Below are positions 1-13,921 of a stretch of 64,000 nt of DNA, piece by piece. The stretch comes from Trichoplax sp. H2 (lineage: Eukaryota): contig NOWV01000018.1 of the NCBI GenBank assembly GCA_003344405.1, forward strand, positions 434,001-498,000, read 5' to 3'. The translations under genes and the position numbers were made by a program. Numbering within the stretch: position 1 is the first letter of the stretch; the number at the start of each line of letters is the position of its first letter. The notes beneath the pieces were generated by a model. That model did not search any database, was not told the DNA's origin, and saw only the letters and a list, made by a program, of their open reading frames with translations.

Positions 1-24
1 GACAGTATTTATTTAAATAATTAG

Positions 25-1185
25 ACTTTTGCAAGACAATAACTTGGCATATGTTAGCGGAAAATCATTCTATGGTCCGCCTGAAATGGTCACAGTGTTA
101 GTAACTACAGAAGTAAATGTAATAATGATTAAATTAGCAAGCACTAATCCTTTTTATCTTAATGTTGATATATTAGATTGACAAAGCGTGATTATCTTTG
201 CTGTATGGTTCCCGCAAAAATTAAACTTTGTCAACCGAGTATGGGTTCTGACGATTTATCATCATGTGAAAATTTGTTGTCTCATTTTTCACAAAAATTA
301 TTTATTTGGATTGTGGGTATCTTAGCTGTTGTTGGTAACCTACTCGTGTTTATTCAAAATCATTCCATTCGCAAACAGAAAAATAGCTTGGTTCCAATTT
401 TTCTTATCAATAGTCTAGCTCTATCGGATCTCCTAATGGCGTTTTATTTGATAATTATTATTGTAGCTGATTTAGCTTTTAGCACTGGAGAGTATGGTCT
501 GAATTCAGAAATATGGCTATCCAGTCCGTTTTGTTTAATAGCATGCTTTCTAGTTAACGCGTCTAGTTTAACAACTGTACTTTTGATGGTTACTATTTGC
601 TCAGATCGCTATATTTGCTTGGTTTATCCTTTATCACCGAAAAGAATGAGTATTAAGACAGCACGCATAGTTGTCGTGTTCGTATGGATCTTATCGCTTT
701 CATTTGCAGCAGCTCCGGTAATATCAAGTGCTAACATGCCAGGGTACCTTCGATTGTATACTTATAACAGCATGTGTATGGCTAATAATTACCAGATTGA
801 CTACTATCGAGTTTGGATGATTTCTTATTTGTCCATAATATTTATTGCATGGGTAGCTATGACAATCTTATATATGCGTTTATTTATGACTATTCGTCGT
901 AGCGGCAAGAATTTAAGAAGATCGACCGCAACTGACAATACAGTTATAGCGATACGCCTAGCATTAATTTTAATTTCTGATTTAATCAGTTGGGTTCCAT
1001 TCTACTATGTTAATTTGCATGGGTTGTTAACTTCTGGGCGTGTAGACGTAATAGCACTTCAATTTGTTGGTATATTTTCTTTGCCCATCAATTCAGCTAT
1101 TAATCCATATTTGTATACATTTACAAATATTGATATTATTAAGAAGTTTTTAGTTCGCCAGAAAACATTTAGCACTAAATCTTGA
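25..1185 (+). CDS. Leucine-rich-repeat GPCR (LGR, RXFP/GRL101-like), 3' part: last LRR exon plus hinge/7TM exon
   Basis: A 72-nt phase-2 exon at 25-96 encodes LLQDNNLAYVSGKSFYGPPEMVT (LRR-like). It splices GT..AG to exon 177-1185, which has the hinge YLCC...SSCENLL, seven hydrophobic segments, SDRY and LPINSAINPYLYT (NPxxY). The gene starts upstream of the window. Confidence 0.92.
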
Positions 1186-1751
1186 TGACTGCTTATTACA
1201 TTCCTCACTGGAACTAATCTTGATCAATGATAATGATTAAACAAATTTAGTAGTAGCTGGCATCTTTTCATTATATAATTTATTGTTTCATGCCTGTAGA
1301 TATGAGACTGAAGATACTTCTATCAACCTTATAATTTTACTACAACTTAAGGGATATCTAAAATTAAATATAACATTAGAATGTAACAGAAGCTAAATCT
1401 TCACGGGTATTGTAGTTGTGAGCAATCTAGCCCACACACATTTTTTAACAAGGCTTTATAATAATTTAGCCGAAATTTCGGCGATAAAGTGATAGATGTA
1501 ATAAAATATTAGCTTTAATAAAAATTCAAGTAATATTAGTACATGTTTACAAATCTACTGCTGATATAGATGTTCATACTGCTTTCAGGGAGATGAAAGG
1601 ATTTCATATCTATCGTTTCGGTGAAAGTCTTGAAAGATGAGTGTAAATATCTAATTAGATCTTATTTATATAGCGATGCTCAGTCGATACTCAAAATGCA
1701 TAGTTAAGACCCAAAGTAAGAGAATGACACTTAGTCAGTTAAAACTTTAAA

Positions 1752-4729
1752 CTATAAATATCGTAAGGCTAACCTAAGTTCCTTCATGCAAGGTAAGTCG
1801 TCATGGTCTTTAAAGATTGCATCTAACTTCTGCGTCTGTAATAATGGTCAGAAGAGCAAGTTTAATCCTAAAACTGATAGTTGCAAAATTAGCTTAAAAT
1901 ACTGTATTTCGAGACGGACCTGTTCCTTGGTACCACTATAAATTGCATTACGGGAAATATCTGTAAGACTCCAGCTTAACGACGGCATCTAAAAACAGAT
2001 TTCGCAGATATGATGTCATTACCGTTTTATGCAGTGATAGATTTGCTATTTCAATATCTTACTTGTTTTACGCAATTTATGACATCAAGTACAACATCTT
2101 CATCAATTATTTTCTGAAGTACATTAAAAAAGTCAAGAAATTATTTTATTGGCCAAATTTAATCGAAATAAACATTATCAATTGACATACTTTCCTTACC
2201 TGCAATAAGATCCGATCAGTAAGGATTAGATTGGTCAATATTAGTAAAATACTCTATATAATCGATGATAGTATGGAGAGGTTTGCTTAGAAATTCGATA
2301 ATTTCATATAACATTGAATCACCATTATTATATCGTTTCCATATGAAGTAGGTATAATACCGTAACATACCTCTAAATTTGTTATACTTAATTTCTTATA
2401 ATTTTGTATCATTCCTTTCATAGAAGGTATTAACTTAATACCAATCGTTAACTATTAGATTAGAGACAAAGAATTTCACATATTTAATAAATCATCAAAT
2501 GTATTGGTGAAAGAAATCTAGCAATATCATATAAATAAACGTCTATACCACTGAGTGAGAGTGTTCTACCATAACAAGGCGATTTAGCAGTTGCAACGCC
2601 GGTTCCTTTAATACGATAATCAGAAAGAAAAAGGAAATTTTTATATGACTGAAAATCTACTGCAGCCAAGTAAAAGTAAATGGTATATGATTTAATATCT
2701 TATTAAGCAACATACATATAAGCGAGGCGACCCACTTGTAAACACTTCAAAGATACGAGGTAGCGTTATATGATTATGCAATCGCTATAAATCACGTAAG
2801 ATGTAGAATCAGTACGATTATTCATAAGCTCTTTGTGCACTATTGCTAAGTTTGCCTCTATCAATTTAATCTGTGATTAGCGTATACACAAACCGCTCCA
2901 TACCGCAAAAATAGGTTCATGTCGAAGCGCAAGCAAATTAATTAAAGTTTTAATTGTGTATTGTAGGACCTGCATAGTTCAATTAAGTTATTTCAATAGT
3001 TAATAAATATGAGGTGTAAAATAGCTTAATATAAAAAGACATCAAAGAATATCTAGTCTTACGTATTTAATAGTAAGCATATGGCATAATTTACAAACGT
3101 ATCAGTACCTGTACATCATCAGATTGTATTAGTATGCCAGTAATATGGAGCAACTAAACGCGAATGAAGTAAGAATCTATAATCAGTATAAAGATATAAT
3201 CTAATTTTTAACAAACAAGAAAGTTATGATTAGCTAGCTATCATATTGGTAGTTTTCTGACATTATAGCTGAAGGCTTCCCAAGTGAAATATCGCGAGGT
3301 AGCCAAGATGTATGTGACGGAGGCAGTCATCTGCAAAAATTCTATCTGCGTAGGGCAATTAAGAATTGATATTAATACTTTTCGTATATAGTACTTCAGG
3401 CTACCAGCATGATGTAAAGTACTAATTAACCTCATTATATCATTTATCTTAATACCTACCGATTTATTTAAATGGACAGCCTTGATTAAATTTTGGATCA
3501 TCGCACTTTGAAAATTAATTTCGCTAACTGAGTATAAAATAAGGAAAAGAGTATGAAATATTTCCTAATCTATATTCGTATACTGTTTGAATAGGGTTGC
3601 ACGATGCCATTGCAAATCAAAATAACGCATTAGTTACCATTACTAGCAATCGCTTCTAAAATTTTTAAGCAGTTTATAGTAAGACTTTCATGCGGAGAAA
3701 CCAACATCGGAAGTATTAGAGATATTCTTTCTGTTAATTTTTTCGAATAATGTTATTCATCAAAGCCTCAATTGAGTTAAGAACAAGTTCTGATGAATAA
3801 AAGTAATTGTAAACCTAGTTCTATGATAGGAACGGCTTCATTAGCATTTGGTATTTTTATAGGATAGAAGTATCGAAAGAGTACCGCCAGAGATGTTGAT
3901 ATTTCCATTAGCACCTCATAGCTATATGTGTAAAAATATCACAATATATAGTTTAGTAATTAACGGAATAGCTGAGTACAGAACTGAAAGTGTTTGACTG
4001 CTGCTTTTTTTGTTATATCCTCAGTATATGTAAATTGTTTACTAACTGATCATAGAGTTCAACCAGTTCAAGTAGGCAAGATAATAATCTAGATCTGTCC
4101 AAAATATTTAGGCCATTATTAGTATCAAAGTGATACAGTGCATTTACTCAATATTAATTGATAGTTTGTTTCAACTCTTGGCTATTACTTTTTTCTTATT
4201 AGGGCTTTGTCTTCATCTGATGTCCTGCAACATGAGAAGTTATCGATATTATAAGATTTTTGTATTTAAACACTAATGAAAAATTAAATTTTACAAGGAA
4301 AGATTGAACAAAACATTTGCAGTCACTAACTTTATAGACGGAGCTGACAGATGATGATCTCTTTCGATGTCATTCAAGTTGGATTTATCTATGTACTGCA
4401 GTATTAATTGCCTAAATATAAATTTAATAACTTATAAAGCTAGTAAATCAGGAATAATATAGTATTATTGATCATTACTGTACGATACAGGTTAAAATAT
4501 AAATATTATTTTATTCTTCTTCTTACCTCAGGCAATTAAGACGATAAACTAAATCTGCAGTTGACCTAGCATCATTGACATTCTATATAAGAATTTTGAA
4601 AATCATAGGAGTTTACGCGTACGATTAGAATATTATCGAAGTAGATGTTGGTATTAATTAGCTATTTAATTTTCCAAAATTGATACAGACCATTAATGCA
4701 ACTGATAACTGTCTCTCCTGGCGGCTCTC
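1752..4729 (-). CDS. Divergent importin-alpha-like ARM-repeat protein, paralog A (first exon not located; lacks three C-terminal exons)
   Basis: Spliced exons in frame: ESRQERQLSVALM / NVNDARSTADLVYRLNCLR / QLILQYIDK.. / LLSCLLELVELYD / YEVLMEISTSLAVLF.. / RISLILPMLVSPHESLTINCLKILEAIASN / SEINFQSAMIQNLIKAVHLNKS / IEFLQMTASVTYIL.. / LLHITGILIQSDDVQ / VLQYTIKTLINLL.. / RLHNHITLPRIFEVFTSGSPRLY / EPALQLLNRLV.. / SILLILTNLILTDRILLQ / KIIDEDVVLDVINCVKQ / MPSLSWSLTDISRNAIYSGTKEQ / TQKLDAIFKD..LRYL*. These are exon-for-exon homologous to the three plus-strand paralogs. Confidence 0.75.
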
Positions 4730-4824
4730 CTATTTCAGATGATGCATAAGTTATGAAAGAGGAAATGGGTTATCATAGTAAGAACAGCATAATTATATTA
4801 TATGTATAATCAATACAATTACAT

Positions 4825-5170
4825 TGATCGTTGCATTCTATTATGATGGTATAAAGTGCATCAGTTACATTGAATTACTTAACATATTAATCAATCGAAT
4901 ATATTCATGAGTGAGCTAGATAGTAGAATATAGATTTACGTTGATCCTTGCACTCTCTTGCGATAGTATTAAATACACCAGTTGCATTGAATTACTTACT
5001 ATATTAATTAATCAGTTAAATAAATGAATTTTACGATAGAATACGAGTATAGATAGATCGTTGCACTCTTTTGCAATGGTATAGAGCACGTCAGTTGAAT
5101 ATTTCCATTGATTGTGGTACTCTATTCCTATAGTACGTGTATAAAGTACGTCAATCGGATTGAATTAGTT
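4825..5170. repeat. Degenerate tandem repeat, about 117-bp unit, about 3 copies
   Basis: Recurring GATCGTTGCA(T/C)TCT...CAGTT.CATTGAATTACTTA motif near 4826, 4943 and 5057. The last unit abuts the LTR. Confidence 0.7.
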
Positions 5171-5176
5171 GATATA

Positions 5177-5726
5177 TGTTACGGTGTTACCTTATTGTTA
5201 GAATAGTATAATAGTGCAGTATAGTAGTAGCTAATATGGAAAATATCCATATTTGTAGTGCTAAGTAAGATAAGTAATGCCTTAACGTGGATATTATTTG
5301 TGATAGTTTATTATATATTTGATATTGATTATTATTACGTGTAGATAGCAGTAAGATGATTCAAGTTCTAGCTAATGATAGTTGAATTAGACAACATAAA
5401 TACTTAGATTAAATATAAGTAAGAGATTTAAATATTTACTGATAGAAAAGCCAAGTAAGGAACATTTCAGTTCGAGATGTCTCTACTAGTAAGGTATAAT
5501 ATTAATACTGCTGCTGCTGTTTGCAAATTAGACGGTTCCTATATAAATGGGAACATTTGAGTAGCGTTGGGTGGTGAAAAGTTGTAGATGTGTCTATGCT
5601 TATAAAGGTTCTATTTTTACGGTACTTTGCTTTATGTGTTTAACGTTTAGTAAAAGAGCCTTTAAGTCAGTAGTCACTTTAGACTTTTACTGTTTGTTTC
5701 CTTGTCGTAGAGTTTAATTTGTGACA
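5177..5726 (+). mobile_element. Solo LTR (550 bp) with 5-bp target-site duplication
   Basis: Termini TGTTAC...GTGACA (TG..CA, imperfect inverted ends), flanked by ATATA at 5172-5176 and 5727-5731. Internal TATA-like CCTATATAAA near 5538 and AGTAAA near 5649. Confidence 0.75.
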
Positions 5727-5859
5727 ATATATGAATCAGCTAATCGGTTACATAAAGGAGATGTACATTAGAATATCTATACCAATTATAACAAGTCTAA
5801 ATCAGGATACGCCTGCATTAATTAAGTACACACTCTATGGACCATCATCAGTCTTGTGG

Positions 5860-7100
5860 CTAGTTTAAAGTATATCCAACTCCATCTCTGCCCATAACAT
5901 ACAGTAACCTCAACACCTCCATTAGATTCAATAATCATAAAACACTTCATCTACCAATATTAATGAAATAACTTTTGCCTTTGTCATATTCATTTACTAT
6001 ATAATCATTTTTAGCATACACAGGATATTTTAACGTTCAAGTGCTACTCCAGTAATGGATCAATTGGCTAACAACAAAGCAACATTATCGAATTGACTGC
6101 CTCGATTGATCTAATATTAGTCAATATTTAAGCTGAGCTTCTACTGCCAAATCATCTAGATCTCCTGACTAAATTACTGCTAACGACAAAGCGGCATTAT
6201 CGAATTGACTGCCTTGATTGAGCTAATATTAGTCAATATTTGAGCCGAGCTTCTACCGCCAATCATCTAGATCTCTAAGACCGCTAAATCATCCAGATCT
6301 CCTGACTAAAATACTGCTAACAACAAAGCAACATCATCGAATTGGCTGCCTCGATTGATCTAATATTAGTTAATATTTGAGCCGAGTTTCTATCGCTAAA
6401 TCATCTAGATTTCCTGACTAAAATACTGCTAACGACAAAGCGATATTATCGAATTGACTGCCTCGATTGAGCTAATATTAGTCAATATTTGAGCTGAGCT
6501 TCTATCGCTAAATCGTCCAGATCTCCTGTCTATAATGCCGATGGAAGTCTGCTCATCCATCCTTCATTCTACAGTACATCATAAACTTTATCAATATGCA
6601 TTACCATAATCTTGCAGAATAGACTTTCATTTACTGCTGGTGATGGAAACTAGGTCCAGGAATGCCCGTATTAATGGAGTTTTTCTACCAAACGTTAACC
6701 TGATCATTTACTTTGGCCGGAATGAATTGGAATGGAGGATTGATTTTGTATCACTCACCATGGTGATGTAACTCGGTAAAGTCTTCTATAGTATATCATG
6801 GGTTGTATACCTGTACAAGGAAGAGTATAGTCGACAGAGTCTAGCATAGTACTGTATACTATAATGTATAGTACTCTCTTAACAGCTCTAATATGAAAAT
6901 AATATGCAATACTGTCGCTATCTACTGTATGATGTAAGAGTCATATTCATAGAGATCAAACATAGAACAGGAAAGCTTAGTCTTTTTAAACTTAAGGTAA
7001 TTTTCCGACTGTACTCTTGCTCTAGCTCGAGAAATGGACTCCTAGAAGTCCATGGCCAGGTAGTGATAGATGGGGCTGGAGGCAAATATCTTATGATATC
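5860..7100 (-). mobile_element. Heavily decayed and deleted Gypsy-like pol relic
   Basis: Broken minus-strand motifs in PR-RT-RH-IN order: LLGVHF (about 7040, cf. LLGxDFL), PPFQFIP..DQV..GI..PS (about 6740-6660), DNAALS-like in the 111-bp repeats (cf. NADALS), LWAEMELDI (about 5890, cf. YWxxMxxDI). Many stops, and each motif is weak on its own. Confidence 0.3.
6068..6528. repeat. Tandem repeat, 111-bp unit, about 4 copies
   Basis: Unit GCTAACAACAAAGCAACATTATCGAATTGACTGCCTCGATTGATCTAATATTAGTCAATATTT...TCATCTAGATCTCCTGACTAAA starts near 6068, 6179, 6317 and 6428, with a short partial duplication in copy 2. Confidence 0.92.
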
Positions 7101-9698
7101 TTTCTTGTCATTGCTGTTGACAACAGCTAACTAATTTAATGTGGTAGAGACTAGTTGGAAGAGAGAGTAATGGAGTAGTCCCTGACGCCTGCAATCATAC
7201 TTATAGTATAATAATAGAGCTGGGAATTATAGGTGATAATAGCTCTATCTAACCGTAAGTTACTCCGATTCGAGATACTATAAAATGGCTGAGGTTGCTT
7301 TGCACGAGATGATGTTAAGGCTATCAGTAGCAGAATAGTTACTGTACTGTAGCCTAGCAATTTTTGAGATTCTTAGGTATTTCTGCTCAGATAGCTTGTG
7401 ATACTGACAGCAAGTTAGATAGATTAGATCGAGTCGGGTCTTTCCTTTTATCCAAGGTAGTAAACATCAGCCTGATAACATTTCAGTTTAGGGGATGACA
7501 AATTACCAATCAACGATTGTGGTTGATGTCTTGTACGAGATGGTGGAATCAGTAGCAAGACTTAGGTGCAGTATTTCTGCAATGGTAGCCACAGTAGCTT
7601 AGCTTGCGGTACTGTCATTGATTTAAAATATCAAATTTATAACTTTTCGGTTTAGGGTATTACAAATTACAAATTAAGGCGCCTAATAATAACCATTTTA
7701 ACGGTGTAAATAAGTGAATATGGGCAATCAGTCCATATTTTAAGACTATCTTGTGCCAATAACGAGGTTAGGAACAGCACTGGTAATCTATCTTCATATA
7801 GTCTACACATTATTAAGACTTGTAAATCACTGAGAATCTATAGGGAAAAAGGTTGCCAGGAATTTCAGATTTTAGTGCTCTTATTTTATAATTCTACGAA
7901 CTTCACGGACTGTTTAATGTTGGAGGATATTATACGATCTCTTGCGCTAAAATACAAATAGATGAGGCAATTCATTTATCTTTCCTTCGATATGCATAAA
8001 ATACAGCAAATTATATGCGGTAATCAGCATTCTGAAATAGACTGTAATGGAAGAGCTAGATTTATTTTAGACTCTATTCTTAAAATGATTATCTCATGAA
8101 TAATTGATTATCATTCTTGATTTAGGATCACCGTTATTTGAATAAATTTTACATTTCATATAAATATAATACAAATTGCATGTTAAAATATATGAGAAGA
8201 AAACGCCAGGCACAAATATACACGTATGTATTTTCTATCTAGAGTATCAAGTTTGATAATCACTACGCAAATAAAGATAAGTTAGATGTTGCAAGCAATC
8301 CTATGAATCATTCGATTTCTAAGAATACGCATGATGACGTTATTTAATGTCGCGTTAGCATCTATTTAGAAATTGCCTAACAGTAAAATTGCTATGGACA
8401 AACTCTGCAAAACTTGACTGCAGATACGAAATTATTTTCTAGGGCGTTACGGGATCATAACCATAACTTAGTGGAACCCAAGTGATTGGGGTATGTCGAT
8501 CGATCGAAATTAAGGCTATGTCATAAATGTCATAAGTGGTTTAACCGAGGCGAACTAAATAAATGAATCCTCATGGATAATTCGAAATAGTTTAATACAT
8601 CGAAAGAAATCGATTATCAAGCGTATTCTAAAAGTAGCTTTTCGCTACGCTGGTATATCATAATTAAGGAAAATATCACCTTGAAGCCATCCACACCCCT
8701 TAAAAAAATTTTCTCATATCTTTCGAAAAAATAACCTTAATTGACATCTTAGTATAAATTCAATGTTCTTTAAACTTTTGTATGAAACTGTACAGCTCTT
8801 CCGCTAACGCAGATACTTCCGGTTGCCCATTTGTATGAATAATCCGTAACTGTGCTAGAGCTATATATAAGCACAAAATAAGCGGTATTCATTATTTTAA
8901 CTTTTAAATTACTTCTTGATACTTAATATAAAATAATTTTTCTTGTATCTTACCAATAGCAATTCTTCTACTAATATCTATTCTATACTACATTCGGTTA
9001 GCATTTATCCATTGTATACTTACCATCATTCTTCATTTCTTTCGATAGATTCGGTAGCCACTAAAATTATAATATATATTAGTATACATGATTTCATGTT
9101 TTTAATATATTTCAGATATACTATCAATAGACTTCTACCAACACAAAACTATCGATATCAGATTTCGTATTAAGAAAGCAACCATACCTTACACTTTGAT
9201 ACCACAGAATGCAAACTAAAGAAGGATGGCATCATATTCTATTACGTAGTAATAACAAATATTTACAAATTAATGTGGGTCTTTAAATCCTAATTACACT
9301 TAAAAACAAGCAATAACGTATATAACAGAAATGAGTAATCTAACCTTATATTTATTTTGATCAATTAATGATGCAAACAGGTAAATAATCATTCGGTCAT
9401 GCTTTTGGACAAGATCACGTACCTATTACAGTTTAAAATAATAATAATTACGGAATAATTATAGATTTTGCTAAGTAGATACAATTTCAGTAAATGTTTT
9501 ATCGAACCTGATCATCACTTGCAAAATTGATCATATCTGCGAATATACTTGTTATCATTTTTCTATCCAAGCCAGGTGACTGTCAACGAGATTATAATTA
9601 CTAATGTCATATAATGATACTCTCTTATTGAATTGGCAGTAAATTATCCTGCTTAATTAAACTATTTTTACCATTTCTGAACATTTAAATATTGTAGA

Positions 9699-12629
9699 GA
9701 CCACATCTTCATCGATCATTTTCTATTTAATGGAAAAAGGAACCGCAAAGTTAATGTGTCACATTCAGATTTCTGAGCTTTAATGATTGATATTTTGCAT
9801 TGGTATTACGTTAATTTCGTTACCTGTACTAGTTCGTATCCATGATAAATTAATCGATTGATAATGGTTAATATCTCCTATAAATTACATTAGTTAATTT
9901 CCAATAAAAATACATGTATCGCTGTAACAGTATTATTAGTATTAAAACGATATGTTAATAGTTTTGTTGTATTTACTAACCGAAAGATCAGAAGTACTAT
10001 GAGTACACTTTTTACGTAATAGATTATGAAGATAGGACAGCACTTTGCTATCTAGCAGAAACTGGTAAAGGGAAATAACAATTAGTTTTGAATAGATATC
10101 ATATTGACAGAGCTATTATAGCATATGAAGTATGAAGATTATTAATTTGTATGAAGTCAAATTCGTTAATTACTTTATTTTCATTGTGAGAAACCTTTTC
10201 AATCGCGAAGTACAACAACTCAACGATAGGATTCTGTCAAGAAAAAACGAATACAAGTCTAAAGCAATCGCAGTTTCTAACTCATTGAATATTGCCTATT
10301 CTACCGATAAATTTACGTTAATTTGTTCACAATTTTCAAGTACCTGCAAATATAATGACTGGCTAGCTACAATTTCGCATGCATAACCAGTAGGAATTAA
10401 ATCCATATTTAATTGCCAAAGCTATTAATTTTTAATTTATTAGAATGGTTACTCTGATAAAATAAGTTGATGGACAGCATTTATTCGTGATAGCTGACAC
10501 TTAAACAGTTGCTTTTACAAGAATAAACATCACATAGAATTATGTAATACTTTAAAAAGATAAAATAGCTAACCTCATCATCAGTTTCATCTCTTATATA
10601 CGAAAAAATTGTATGCCTATTGATTATGATGACAGTCCATGCCTTTAAAATTTCTTTTAATACCTATAATATCGTATATTGAAAAGCTATGGTATAAAAA
10701 GAGAAACATAGTACAATCTTTGCTAATTAATTGCACCGGATTAAAGTATAAATTAATACTTTGACTGTATTGCTTACTCTTTATATGAATTTCATTTCAC
10801 TACATGTACGTACCTTGACATCATCCGATTTAATTAGCAGAACGACGATTTGCAGCAGCTACAAAAAAGTCGTGAATGATATACCATTTACTTTAGCAGT
10901 AAACACAACCTATAGCAATATTATTTGCAGATATCGTTCATATACCGGAATGATATGAGGAGATTGATATAAATATTTCATGCAAGCATATACTAATGAC
11001 GCTGTTGATCGAAGGAATTGAGTCTAGCGGTGTAAAAAATAATACAAGCTAAAATTAGCAATCGCATGCAAGCTATCATCATAGTACGGTGTAATAACAG
11101 TGCATTACTTACGGATCTACCCTTTGCGATTACATGGGCAATTTTTTGAACATCATCAACTCTAGTGATTAATATTTCCTCTATAATTTTTAATAAATTG
11201 TACATCATTAAAATTAATTTATGGCTATGCAACGCTTACTCTTTATTAACTTGAAACCATACCCGCACAATGGATGAGTAGCTGCATCGATTTAATGGCA
11301 AGATCTTCATATGGAGAAGCTAATAAATTAATCAGTACTGGGATACAATCTATTTACATTTAAGTAAAGGATAAAATCAAAATTTTAGATTGACCTGCAG
11401 TAAAGTTACAATCAAGAATAAGTACTTCATTTTTTAAACATTGATAATTTTCACACGAAATCATAACCTGAAGCTATAGGAAAGGAATAAAAATTTGAAT
11501 CACGACTACAAACTGATTCCAATAGTAGCATGATATCCATATCTAGATCGAAACTGCAAGACAAGTTTTAGTTGTAGCGTCAACAAACGTGGATGCTGTT
11601 TAATTATGAGCTATAATGCAGTATACCTATCGCTTTTTTCTATTAACTGGAATAGTTTTGAAACCAATTCACTTCTATGTCAATGATGATAGACAAATTA
11701 AGTTGGTAAATTTATTGTTAGACTTGGTTCTGATAAAGTTTTAAATCAGTGACAAGATAGGTGTATGCATATTTTATTGCTTTTACCTAGAACGGTTAAA
11801 GATAGTACAATCTTGAATATAACCAAACACGTCACCTCTGTAATTTAATTTAATTTAATTCTTTATATTATAATAAGGCTTCCAACGGCTATTTTTGTAA
11901 AAAAACATTAATGTAATGATTGTCTATGTTATAAATTCAAGTTATTTTATAGAAGTAGAATGAGTCAATATAATTTATATCGCTTAATAATTCTCAAGGA
12001 AAATCTTAGATTCGTGGCTATCAATGATGAAAAAAGAAGTCGATTAAAATATCTGACCTTTCGGCAGCCCAATAGCGATGAGATACTATTCTGGGCAGTA
12101 AAAGTCTAAAATTTCAAGAGCGTCTAGTTATTAATACATGTAAATAAAATTCAATTAAGGTTGATAATAGTATACGTATAGTATAAGCTAACAAAAATAA
12201 ACACTGATGTTTGCGTTTACTTTAAATGATGTATTGCATTTCGAGTATCATTACAACGTGGACCATGTCGGACATTCTTCTTACAGGGTAAAGACATACA
12301 TATAAAGATATAAAAATAGTAACGATTAGTGTATATAGGTACTGTAGAATTGATATATAAAAAGTTGTATTTAAATATCAAGATACCTCGACTGCGAGTG
12401 AAAAATGATCCAATAAAGCATCAATCTAAAAGTTTAAGATTGAAAAAATTTTGACTATTAAGTTAAATTAGTTAAACCTCATATTGTTATACATCAACGA
12501 TATTTTTCTATAGTAAACACCCAGAAATATTGCAAGGCTACCAGAATTTGTCTTACAAAGTGTCTTATAATGAACTCAAAATTACAATAGCATGGCTTAG
12601 TGTTTCGTTTTGCGAACATATTTTTATTG
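9699..12629 (+). CDS. Possible multi-exon gene or pseudogene with an ankyrin-like segment; structure unresolved
   Basis: AG/GT-bounded exon 10023-10064 encodes DYEDRTALCYLAETG (ankyrin DxxGRTALHxAAxxG-like). Nearby: IIFYLMEKG (about 9700-9750), and open candidate exons 12010-12097 (FVAINDEKRSRLKYLTFRQPNSDEILFWA) and about 12513-12629. I could not build a continuous frame. Confidence 0.3.
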
Positions 12630-13921
12630 GTATGACTAATACCAAAGTTTAGTTACTCCTAATCTTAAATTGTTTTACGCCAATTGAAATGCTTAATTCT
12701 ACTATAACACGCATATAGTCGTGCAGATTGTATTTTGATACACAACCTTTGCTAGATCTTCATCTTCACTGTCATTAGAATCCTATAAAGGAGTATTAAA
12801 AATTGATTGATGAGAATAGTTATCACTGGTAATATTATTAACATTATGTCAATGATGGAAAAATATCAGTAGTTTGTAATCACCTGCTTTAAACAATTTG
12901 TTATTGTGATATCAAATATTGTGCATGCAAGTTACCATTTTGTGCCTTTTAGTATTACCGTTGTGTTAGTGGTTATAGTTAACGGACATAACTAGTGAAA
13001 GTAAAGAATTTCATCTAGTACGGTGTTTGTTAATTAAACAAGAAAACCGTAAAGCTTTCGATACTTGTATGTTGCTAATCTACTCAATGTTGTCCCAGGT
13101 AGTATTTGAATGACATTTAAAAGACACACATCATCGATTAGCTAGCTTTCAAAGTTCTGATCTATTCGACAAATGAATGTCATCATTTGGATATTGCATG
13201 TGAAATCATACTCATTGAAGGAATTGTTTTCTATAAGCGTATTTACCTAGGGATCTAGACAATCCTATAGCTTATGATTGAGGTAATTAATCAACATAAA
13301 GACAAGATTGTCATCTGCTATGGAACATGTTTAGCCGGTCATTTTCGTGATTGAAATGGAAAAATCCTCCAGCGTTAGCAACTACAAAGGATTACTATTG
13401 CTCTTTAATCGCAACAATTATAGATTCCATTAAACCATTAATAACGGTGGAAATTGTGAGAAAAAAATCTAGTAATTATTCAAATTGTATACACTTATTC
13501 TACTATGTATAGAATTTGCACACCAAAAAATATTGATCAGACGATTGACGTATACAAACATGACTAAGACAAGGTATTACAAAATGATTACTGCTGTCTT
13601 ATCCCTATTTTCGTTAGATTCATCTATCTATAGCGCAAAACTGCTACTTCATATCCATCCAATACGCCTATTTCAATCACGATTGATTCCTTCTTACCTC
13701 AGTTATCGAATCGTCCTCTTCTAAATCACTGAAACTAGCCATAACAACAACGTACGCGTATCAATTAAATTAATGCAAATAGCTAGCAATTCGTTCTACA
13801 GCAGTCGTGTTTGGAATGGAATGGATCGCTAATTCCTCTACTCAATTGCTTTGACTACTTAAAAATCCAATTCAAGTAATATCAGAGTAAAAATATCTAA
13901 GTCGAGCAATTGATGGATATA

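Noticed and set aside
178-180. TTG start of the GPCR ORF
   Set aside because: It is an internal codon just after the splice acceptor at 175-176; the gene continues upstream.
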